Below the pieces are notes generated by a model. The model saw only the letters and a list, made by a program, of their open reading frames with translations. It was not told where the DNA came from and searched no databases. The translations under genes and the position numbers were made by a program. Positions 46,602 through 56,816 of a stretch of DNA of 64,000 nt are shown here, in pieces. This DNA comes from Macrostomum lignano (Eukaryota), in contig NIVC01002896.1 of the NCBI GenBank assembly GCA_002269645.1, positions 62,001-126,000 on the forward strand, in the 5' to 3' direction. The stretch's first letter is position 1; each line of letters starts with the position of its first letter.

Positions 46602-47096
46602 ATCCGCCTTGTGCTCAACTCGCTGCTGCAGTCGCGCTTTGACTGCGCACGCGACCTCTCCGCCGTCCACCTGGCCAGCATCAACCAGATCCTGGATCCC
46701 TGGCTGTACATCCTGCTGCGCAAGTCCAACTTCCTGCGCGCCTGGCGCATTGTCCGCCGGTTTAACTGGTGCGGCCGGTCGACCGGGGCGGTGGATCGCG
46801 GCGGCGATGACGGCGTCGCCAGGCGGCGAAGGCGTCCGCCGTCGGCTCTGTTACTGCGTCGTTGCTGCACACAGCGGCTGGGCCTGGCAGCTGCTACGCT
46901 GCCGCAACGCCAGCTGGCTGCGGACGCCGCATCGCCGTCGCCGCCGCCAGACGGCGAAAACTGGCAGTGGCGAGTTGCTGGCCAGGCCCGCAGCCTGCCA
47001 GACCTGCGCAGCTGTCCGCAGTTGCGGTGCCGCGCCTGCGCCAGCCATCAGTCTGTGGAGGAGGCTGGGCCTGTGGGACACCTCCTGGCTTCATAA
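46602..47096 (+). CDS. Prostanoid-receptor-like GPCR, exon 2 (TM7 and C-tail)
   Basis: Acceptor ttcctcgcag at 46601. LASINQILDPWLYILLRK is the prostanoid-type DPWxY TM7. TAA at 47096; AATAAA at ~47335. Total 444 aa. Confidence 0.88.
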   Translation: MRLVLNSLLQSRFDCARDLSAVHLASINQILDPWLYILLRKSNFLRAWRIVRRFNWCGRSTGAVDRGGDDGVARRRRRPPSALLLRRCCTQRLGLAAATLPQRQLAADAASPSPPPDGENWQWRVAGQARSLPDLRSCPQLRCRACASHQSVEEAGPVGHLLAS

Positions 47097-47887
47097 GCAT
47101 CGGAGCGTACCGACCAGCCTTGCTAAATATAATTGGTTTGACCTGATTGAATGGCATTTATGGCTCTATTTACAGCTTCATGAAATACAGACCATTGAAA
47201 CAGGTTTTTGAAGTCATTCAACCCAATTGAAACTTTTCGCCAGCCGAGTAATTTTCAGATTTTATTGACACTTTAAGCAATTGTTTGTAAATCCTTCAGC
47301 TCTCGGTGATTGCCGAATACTTGTGGATGCTGAAATAAATAGATTTAATTACATATTGTATATATCTAATACTATTAAATTGCTTAATAGACCAATCTGA
47401 TCCTTATGCTGAATTTCCTGCTCAAAAGAAAGAGATTCTTACAAAAATGGAAAATCCGCGACAAGAGATTTCAATATAGAATTGAATTCAATTCAACTCT
47501 GAAGGCTTCGTTCGTTTTAATCTTGAACTAAATCTTTTGAGCCTGAAGGCTCAACAGCGCTCTCCACTGGGACTGCGAAGGTTGCAGCAGCAGCAGCTCT
47601 CGTGCGGCCATAAAAATCCGATTTGCATCTTTCCAATCGGCTGCAGCTGCATTGTTAAGAGGTGATTAAAAGCTGAAATCAGTTAACAATGGAGGTTGTA
47701 AAAAATGGTTAATCAATTCCACGCCTCGCTTTGCAAGGAATCGGACGAATAGTTAGACTACCAAATTTGGACCGGCAAGCGCCCATTGCAAACTAGAAAA
47801 TATTTTAATCGGCCGCTGATCCAATCAATCTGCCGGAGCTGTCCAAGCGCAAGTATCGCGATGCCGATCTCATGCTGAAACAGCCAG

Positions 47888-47895
47888 CATAAATA
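47888..47895 (+). promoter_or_regulatory. Candidate TATA-like box (CATAAATA) of the CAP-ShKT-kringle gene
   Basis: About 110 bp upstream of ATG 48005, with CCAAT-like motifs further upstream (~47821). Confidence 0.35.
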
Positions 47896-48004
47896 CCGCT
47901 TCTGGGGGGCTCTGCCTGTCCCAGTCTGTCAAGGCGGGGACTTTGGCTTTCTCTCAGTCAGCTTGCTCAGTCTAATTCAAGCCTTACTTGCCTAGAAATC
48001 AGCA

Positions 48005-49988
48005 ATGAAACTCTTTGCTCCCATCGTTCTGCTGGCCCTGCTGCCGTCTGGTAAGTGAACTCTTCACTCCAACTGTGAAGCTAAACTGCAACAAACCAGC
48101 ATCCTTGACCTCCGCCCCATCATAACGCCAGCTTTCTCGCTGTACGGCCCGCTGGAGCACGCCATCGGTCTGTCGGACAATGCCAAGTTGTACATCATGT
48201 GCCAGCACAACCGGATCCGAGCTCAGGTGGCCAAGGGTGGAGATACTGGCTACAAGTCGCAGCCAAAGGCTGCCAACATGCAGGCCTTGGTGAGCTCTAG
48301 TTTAAACCCAGCCGTTTACGTACGACACCACACGCTCTTTTGATGGGTCCTTTGATGTTCCCCGACACCTAGGACCCCTCCGCCTGAAACTCACCCCTCT
48401 ATATTGTTCATTGCTCATTACTCATCGCTACTTTATCAAGTGCTGGTGCGAGGAACTCGTCGCCAAGGCCCAGGAGCACGCCAGCAACTGCAGCGGCCCG
48501 CCGCACGACAAGCGATCCGGTCGGAAGACGGCCAACTTCCCGGATGTAGGCCAGAGCCTCATGAACACCTTGCGATCGTCGCCAATTGATGAGTGAGTTT
48601 TGAAATCCAACCATGTTTTCTAAGAACTTGCAAAGATTGAAACCAAAGGGTTCCCTTCCGCACGGTAATTGGTTTTGAAAATTGTCGTAAGACTTTCGTC
48701 CGTGAGGCAAACAAAATCAGATCGGTGGAACAGTCATCACTTCTTGTTGGCTCTGAGAACTCCTGTCCACTGTCGGCCTGATATATGACAATGCTCAAAA
48801 GTTCCCAGGTCATCTGGTAATTTTCGAGTCACCTCAACTCTGCCAGAAAAAATTCTATCCATCTATCCTTTTTCACATTGTTTTCGCTCTTTGCTCGTAA
48901 TTAAACGATCTTGTTGGACGTGCAGCTGTATGCCACTTGGGTGCAAGCGATTCTGCAACACGATTGTACGTTACCGTTTTTCAGGGCTATGGAGGGCTTC
49001 CTTGAAGAGTGCAACGGCTACGACTTCGAAAACAACTATTGCGACACCGCCAAGGCCGGCCGGGCCCACGTCTGCGGCCACTACACGGCGCTGGTGTGGG
49101 CGGAGACGCAGTGCCTCGGCTGCGCCTACGACCAGTGCTCCGGCAAGCCGCACGGCCGACTCGTCTGCAACTACGGCCCCGGCGGCAACATCGAGGGCAA
49201 GAAGCCCTACGTTAGTGGCGAGCCGTGCACCCAGTGCAAGAGCGGCCAGATGTGCCTGGACAACGGGTTGTGCAGCGACAAGATGAACTGCGCCGGTGAC
49301 CGCTGCTCCGCGCCGCCCAGCACAGACAGCACCAGCGAGTGCAAGGACCTCAACCCGTCCTGCCCTGCCTACAGGGACTACCCCACCATCCGGGCCTGCG
49401 ACGCCGATTCGCCCTACCTATTGTTCGCCCAGCAGAACTGCAAAGCCACCTGCGGCTGGTGCGGCGGTGTCAATGTTGGCAAAGTGTGCGCCAAATCTAT
49501 CAACGTGACCAGCGACTTGTGCGAGAAGCTGACAACCATTGACAGTGAGTTGGTGCCACCCTGGCCAAACCGGGCTTGAGGCGGCTTGAGCAGCAATGCG
49601 GCAGAAATGTTATCAGTGCACTCTCAGTGCACTATCACTGGCTGTGGTCTGTGACTTAGTGGGGTTGGTAGATGTGGGAGGCTTCATCAATGAGCAAACT
49701 TTGGATGAGGCCATTCCATAAATGTCACTATCACACCACGCAGGGAGGGAGTGCAAAGTCGGCAACGGTCTTACCTACGCTGGAACAAAGAGCCAAACAA
49801 AGAACGGCGAGGCCTGCATCCCGTGGAAAACCAACGACGCCAGGACCAACTACTACAACGGCTTCGAGTTCCCGGACCGGAACAAGAACGACGCGCAGAA
49901 TTACTGCAGGAACCCCGCCTCGTCGGGCACCGGACCCTGGTGTTACACGGCTAGCAGCTGGGGCTACTGCGACATTCCCGACTGCTGA
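48005..49988 (+). CDS. Secreted CAP(SCP)-hinge-ShKT-kringle protein, 5 exons: 48005-48050, 48081-48289, 48441-48592, 48985-49544, 49744-49988 (403 aa)
   Basis: Signal peptide MKLFAPIVLLALLPS. CAP motifs HNRIRAQVA, AANMQAL, WCEEL, GHYTALVW, CNYGPGGN. CRISP-like hinge PYVSGEPCTQC...C. ShKT-like CKDLNPSC...CKATCGWC. Kringle NYCRNP...PWCYT...YCDIPDC. All splice phases are consistent (1212 nt). AATAAA at ~50080. Confidence 0.88.
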
Positions 49989-50807
49989 GCCTCAACAGCT
50001 CAAACCGACAAAGGACGGGATCTGATAAACAAACAATTTCAATGGCATTACAAAGTCTGCCAATTTACTTTTTGGTGAAAAATAAATTTGGGTTCAGTCA
50101 GAAGCAACTGCCGTTCGCCGTTTTTTTTCATTAGCCAACAGGACAAAGGCGGAAGGCGCGGGGATGGCGAGGACGACGAAGGGCAGGCGAAGCGAGCCCG
50201 CTATCAAGTACGAGTATATTTCGATAGTATTGAAGCATAAAAGAAACAAAATTAAGTAAACAGGAGAAACAAAAATCATAGGATAACAGAAAAAGTGTGC
50301 GCCACGTACATAAAAGGCCAGCCTCCCCGCCACCCCACGCACCCCCACACGCCGGCACATGAAGAACAGCCCGCGCAAGGCACGCCCGTCATCAGTACCC
50401 CAGCACTGAAATCACCAACTTGCATTATTAATGATGCTGAATGGTGGCTCAGGAAGTTACTCAGGAAAGTAAAGGGTTCACAAAGCTGGAGGTATCGTGC
50501 GCTTGTGCATATCTAATGCACACGGAACGAAGCAATTTGTGACTACAAATATTTTGAATTACAGCTTACGAATGAAGACGAACTCCAGTAATAGAGTTCT
50601 CTCTGTGAATTCTCTCTGTGTTACTGCCGCTTTCAGTGCAGTGCTGATATATAAAGGGTGAATATGGCGGAAGCTGTGGCTGTTCGACATCACACGAGCG
50701 TTGAGATGAGACCTCGCTCCATCCATACCAGCGAATGCTCCCCACCAAAGCATCGTTGAGGGACCCCCGTTTGACACCACCGCGGGGCAGAGTCAATAAA
50801 ATAATAA

Positions 50808-51125
50808 TATAGCTTTTGTCATGCTATCTCAGCCTAGGGACATCCAAACTCAGCCAATATAGATTTCAATTGCAAACAGATCTCAATGCTATCATTTCTA
50901 TAACGTGACATGAAATGGCAACAAACAGCAATGAATGAACGCAGCAAGAAAAGTCAGTAAGAATCTGAAAAGTGGCTGAGATTGCATGTCCCAGGCTGAG
51001 ATAGCATGGCCTTAAGAAGCATGTCTATGGTAAAACTTGACTGGCTTACGTAAAAAATCGCACTGTTGAGATGGGCTGGCTGAGTTTGGATGTCTCTAGG
51101 CTGAGATAGCATGACAAATACTATA
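50808..51125. mobile_element. MITE (~318 bp) with ~50-bp TIRs
   Basis: tatag(c/t)(t/a)tttgtcatgctatctcagcctag(g/a)gacatccaaactcagcca occurs at both ends in inverted orientation, with TA at the termini. A partial third copy of the motif lies inside (~50985). Confidence 0.8.
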
Positions 51126-51626
51126 CAAACGTATCACTCTAACAGTTTTTAATAATTCAAAATGCAATGAAAAGAATGGTTTTTAATTATTGAATAATAA
51201 GGGTTTGATTTTTTCAATAAATGTTAAAACCCCACGAGTGCTTCGGTTCTATTTGTGCAATGAAACGATATTAAAAATGGCACACTGCGTGCAGTGCAGT
51301 AAAATAATTATTACTTATTTTTCTTCAAAGATTAAAATTGCTGGATTGATAAGTAAATAAGCAAATATACTCAAATATTTCATCAATTACTCTAGCATTG
51401 AGGCAATGAAATTCTACATGAAATTCTAAATGAAACAAAAAAGTTATAATTAAATTACAATCAGCCAGGGCTGATATTTCAAGCAGTTGTATGAAATTCT
51501 ACATAAGAGTACTACTCCGCAAAATGTTTAGTAGTATATAAAGCGTTTAAAAATCATCTGGGTTAAAATTGAATATAAATAGCTAGTGCACTGCTAACGC
51601 TCGTTGAACAATGCAAATTTAAGCAT

Positions 51627-51970
51627 ACCTCCACACTGAACTGGGGCTACCCTCCACACTAAACTGGGGCTACCCTCCACACTAAACTGGGGCTACCCTC
51701 CACACTAAACTGGGGCTACCCTCCACACTAAACTGTACCCTCCACACTGAACTGGGGCTACCCTCCACACTGAACTGGGGCTACCCTCCACACTGAACTG
51801 GGGCTACCCTCTACACTAAACTGGGGCTACCCTCCACACTAAACTGGGGCTACCCTCCACACTAAACTGGGGCTACCCTCCACACTAAACTGGGGTTACC
51901 CTCCACACTAAACTGGGGCTACCCTCTACACTAAACTGGGGCTACCCTCCACACTACACTGGGGCTACTC
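51627..51970. repeat. 23-bp minisatellite ACCCTCCACACTAAACTGGGGCT
   Basis: Tandem periodicity. Confidence 0.95.
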
Positions 51971-52451
51971 TCCATAGGGAATCCCGAAGTACTGCTTCAT
52001 TACTCAATTTGCACTCAAGGGCGTAAGTTAAAAAAGTACATTTAAAATTTCGCTGGAATGTATATTGATATAAAATAAAAATGGTGTTAAACACAAAGAT
52101 AGTTGAATTTTATACAAAAAATCACATCTACTAGGACGGACTCTATAAAATCGCAAAAAATGAAATCAAATTTTAATTCTCATGCTGTGCAAGAAACCAT
52201 GAGTTCTTTAATGATAACAGCATATATAGTCACTGAGAATTATGGTAGAAATTTTTAAATATAATTTTATGGCAGAACCTGTGAGGAGAGACTGAGAGAT
52301 ATTACTGAATCCTTATGGCAAAAGATTTTTACAATGAGTATAATGAAACCCAGTAATTTGTTTGATTTTTCAGAGAGATATAGCTGTGTAAATACCAAGT
52401 ATTTGTAACGAAATTTGACAGTGGAATAGCAACTGCCAATCATATTTGGAA

Positions 52452-52915
52452 TGTCTATGGCCCTAATTCCCCCGATCGTGTCTTTGGTCCTAATTCCCCC
52501 GATATGCCCTGATTCCCCGATCATGTCTATGGCCCTAATTCCCCCGATCGTGTCTATGGTCCTAATTCCCCGATAATGTCTATGGTCCTAATTCCCCCGA
52601 TCATGTCTATGGTCCTAATTCCCCGATCATGTCTATGGTCCTAATTCCCCGATCATGTCTATGGCCCTAATTCCCCGATCATGTCTATGGTCCTAATTCC
52701 CCCGATCGTGTCTATGGTCCTAATTCCCCCGATCATGTCTATGGTCCTAATTCCCCGATCATGTCTATGGCCCTAATTCCCCGATCATGTCTATGGCCCT
52801 AATTCCCCGATCATGCCTATGGTCCTAATTCCCCGATAATGTCTATGGCCCTAATTCCCCGATAATGTCTATGGCCCTAATTCCCCGACCATGTCTATGG
52901 TCCTAATTCCCCCTC
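52452..52915. repeat. 26/27-bp minisatellite ATGTCTATGG(T/C)CCTAATTCCCCGATC
   Basis: Tandem periodicity. Confidence 0.95.
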
Positions 52916-53071
52916 GACTATGTTTAATGAAGCTCCCCTATCCTTTTCGATTTGCTCCCAGATGTACTTTTTGACAACGCCAATGAACTAAGCATGCCAG
53001 GCAAAGGGGGATACACATATTTAAAATCTTTATGTGCAGTGTAGCACCAATAGATAGCAGCCATGCGCTCT

Positions 53072-56000
53072 CTATTCGCTTCCAAACTTCTTGGCCAGCC
53101 TTATCAGCTCATAGCGGTCTGGCAGTCGGCCGCAGAGCCTCAATGCCTCTTCAAGGCTGCAGCCTTTGAACTGATGCAGATCGGCGTTAAGAAATTTCCA
53201 TCCGCCGATCGGCCGGTCAACAAAAGCAATCGGAGCGCCTGTGAGTAGAATATAGTTTAGACTACTGTGAGTAGTAGACAAAAGAGCATACATTTTAGCG
53301 TACAAATTTTTAAAACAAGCATAAAAAGTAGTTTTGTTTTTGCAAATTCGAAAAACAAATATTTTTGAGCAGAGGGACACGTTGATGTTATTTTAAACAG
53401 CTACCTTTCCAGAGTATCACCTGATTTACCTGGAAGAAAAATTGCTAAAAATAGAAGCTTTGTGGGCTTGAGAGGCTGCTGTCGCGTGCACAATTAGTGC
53501 CATGCTCGTTCGTCTCTCAATGTACATTGGCAACGCTTGTTCAGTCGAAAGTGGAACTTTGAATCCATTCAAGTCTAGTTTGTATTTGCTCGCGCGGGGG
53601 CGTTTATAGTCAAGCAGTTAGTTGAGTGAGCCACAGCAGCACCAGCTCGTAAACTATGAGTAACTCTGCTTGAGATTTTTACAGCCTTGTTTTCCGATGT
53701 ATTTTTAATCTAATTTGGCACTCTATCAAACACAATCCGGCACTCTATCAAACACAATCCGGCACTCTATCAAACACAATCCGGCACTCTATCAAACACA
53801 ATCCGGCACTCTATCAAACACAATCCGGCACTCTATCAAACACAATCCGGCACTCTATCAAACACAATCCGGCACTCTATCAAACACAATCCGGCACTCT
53901 ATCAAACACAATCCGGCACTCTATCAAACACAATCCGGCACTCTATCAAACACAATCCGGCACTCTATCAAACACAATCCGGCACTCTATCAAACACAAT
54001 CCGGCACTCTATCAAACACAATCCGGCACTCTATCAAACACAATCCGGCACTCTATCAAACGCAATTCGGCACTCTATCAAACACAATCCGGCACTCTAT
54101 CAAACACAATCCGGCACTCTATCAAACACAATCCGGCACTCTATCAAACACAATCCGGCACTCTATCAAACACAATCCGGCACTCTATCAAACACAATCC
54201 GGCACTCTATCAAACACAATCCGGCACTCTATCAAACACAATCCGGCACTCTATCAAACACAATCCGGCACTCTATTAAACACAATCCGGCACTCTATCA
54301 AACACAATCCGGCACTCTATCAAACACAATTCGGCACTCTATCAAACGCAATTCGGCACTCTATCAAACACAATCCGGCACTCTATCAAACACAATCCGG
54401 CACTCTATCAAACACAATCCGGCACTCTATCAAACACAATCCGGCACTCTATCAAACACAATCCGGCACTCTATCAAACACAATCCGGCACTCTATCAAA
54501 CGCAATTCGGCACTCTATCAAACACAATCCGGCACTCTATCAAACACAATCCGGCACTCTATCAAACACAATCCGGCACTCTATCAAACACAATCCGGCA
54601 CTCTATCAAACACAATCCGGCACTCTATCAAACACAATCCGGCACTCTATCAAACGCAATTCGGCACTCTATCAAACGCAATTCGGCACTCTATCAAACA
54701 CAATCCGGCACTCTATCAAACACAATCCGGCACTCTATCAAACACAATCCGGCACTTCCTTGACTCGTCATTGCTCTGAACTTTGTGTTTCGCAGTCCCC
54801 TAATTTAATTGCTTATGGCTCTAGACTTTCAACTAGGTTATTTCAGACTAAGCCAACTGCAAGTAATTAGCATCATTAGTTGAACGTATAATGCTCAGCG
54901 AGATCGAGATAATAAGAGCGGTTAAAGGCCCGAACGAAAGCGTGAGCCTTTCTGCCTAGCAGCACTATGAAGACAGAAATTCTCATCATTCTTTCTTAAG
55001 ATTTGTTTTTTAAGGCGACAAGACTACACAATAGCAGCGTTAAAGATAGGGTTAGAGAGCCGGAATAGGGACGTAGCCGTATTTTTTGAGCAGCAAATAA
55101 ACGCAACAGTGCAGCCGAGTCTTGAGAGCTGACCTACAGTGCTCTTGAGTATTGCTCTGTATGTTGTCATAAACAATAAACAGCCACTGTGAAACTCTAC
55201 AAGGCTGCTCTGATACACAGTTTTTGTTGTGTTTTTTGCATGCGCTGAATTCTTAGTTAAAAAAATAGTTTAAAAAAAGTTTAGAATTGTGTTTTAGCAA
55301 CATATTTTACTCACATCCATTGCGACAGAGCTTCTCTAACAGGTGTCGAAATATCTGCTCGGATTGTAGCAGAGCGGACTCGACTAGAGGTCCGAATAGC
55401 GAGTCGCCGTCGCCATCTTTTAGAAACAAACAGCAATATTCAACACCCGAGAGGTCTTGTCGGCTCGCCAGAATCATTAGGGCTGTTTGGTTGTCGCAAT
55501 TCGGCTGGAACAGCCCACTGCACGTGAATATGTCGCACAGGCTGTCATTGCGCAATAGGTTGACGTGGGCTGCCGTCACTGCGTCTCCACCGTTTGGTTT
55601 CAAAGCCATCTCAGGGAAAGAGATTTGCCTGCGTTCATTTGTGAGAGGGAATTATTGCAATAAGTTTTATTGTTGTGGGCTAAGGTGTCGGCAGTAGATC
55701 AAAAGTTTAGTCAAGAGTCAGCAGTTGATCAAGAGTCGGCAGTTGATCAAGAGTCAGCAGTTGATCAAGAGTCGGCAGTTGATCAAGAGTCAGCAGTTGA
55801 TCAAGAGTCGGCAGTTGATCAAGAGTCAGCTGTTGATCAAGAGTCAGCAGTTAATCAAGAGTCAGCAGTTGATCAAGAGTCAGCAGTTGATCAAGAGTCG
55901 GCAGTTGATCAAGAGTCAGCTGTTGATCAAGAGTCAGCAGTTGATCAAGAGTCAGCAGTTGATCAAGAGTCGGCAGTTGATCAAGAGTCAGCAGTTGATC

Positions 56001-56816
56001 AAGAGTCGGCAGTTGATCAAGAGTCAGCTGTTGATCAAGAGTCAGCAGTTAATCAAGAGTCAGCAGTTGATCAAGAGTCAGCAGTTGATCAAGAGTCGGC
56101 AGTTGATCAAGAGTCAGCTGTTGATCAAGAGTCAGCAGTTGATCAAGAGTCAGCAGTTGATCAAGAGTCGGCAGTTGATCAAGAGTCAGCTGTTGATCAA
56201 GAGTCAGCAGTTAATCAAGAGTCAGCAGTTGATCAAGAGTCAGCAGTTGATCAAGAGTCAGCAGTTGATCAAGAGTGTAAGAAAAAAAATCTGACTTACA
56301 ATGCAGGCTGCTCATCAGCGGTGGGGCCAGGACTCGGATCTGTAATGTTTGATCGGAGATATGCACAAAACATTGCAGAAGACTGTAATGTATTTTCGGA
56401 AGAAATTTTTTCTATTTCCATTTCCGAATTTTTAGCTATAGTGTAAGAATGAATTAAGCACTAAAGGTACTTTTTTCCTTTGTTAGAGTTGGAAAATGCA
56501 CCCAGCCAGTCTCCTTACCATTTCTTTTCTCCTTCACTTGCAGTTCTTCGCTCTTTTCACTATTGACAACATCCCATAGCTGTTTTTCGATTGCCTCAAC
56601 GCTTTTGACCTTTGGCTCATTATCTGGCGATATGTATCGCTGGTACAAGGCTTCTATAATGGCTATGGGATTTTCTTCAGCTAAATTTCTCTTTTGCTCC
56701 TTCGGCGACTCCGGCTGCCAGTCGGCTCCATCGCTAGTGAACTGCAAGTTGTTCATTTGCTGGATCAGCTGGCTCCCAGATGGGGAAGTCTGGACACTTG
56801 TGGCCGCGGCAAGCAT
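53072..56816 (-). CDS. Predicted 4-exon gene of unknown function with a weak ankyrin-like motif: 56816-56519, 56435-56300, 55628-55315, 53238-53072 (304 aa)
   Basis: All junctions are canonical GT(A/G)AG...AG with matching phases (1, 2, 1), total 915 nt. Exon 3 carries DNQTALMILAS...LFLKDGD and LLEKLCRNG|CAP, reminiscent of ankyrin repeats. Confidence 0.6.
53716..54757. repeat. 22-bp intronic minisatellite GGCACTCTATCAAACACAATCC (~47 copies)
   Basis: Highly homogeneous tandem array. Confidence 0.98.
55695..56276. repeat. 18-bp intronic minisatellite GATCAAGAGTC(A/G)GCAGTT
   Basis: Tandem array inside intron 2 of the minus-strand gene. It gives the spurious (ESAVDQ)n ORF. Confidence 0.97.

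Noticed and set aside
53715-56446. Long ORFs 53715-54779 and 55670-56446 (ESAVDQ repeats) as repeat proteins
   Set aside because: They coincide exactly with 22-bp and 18-bp tandem arrays lying in introns of a minus-strand gene. They are open only because the units lack stops.
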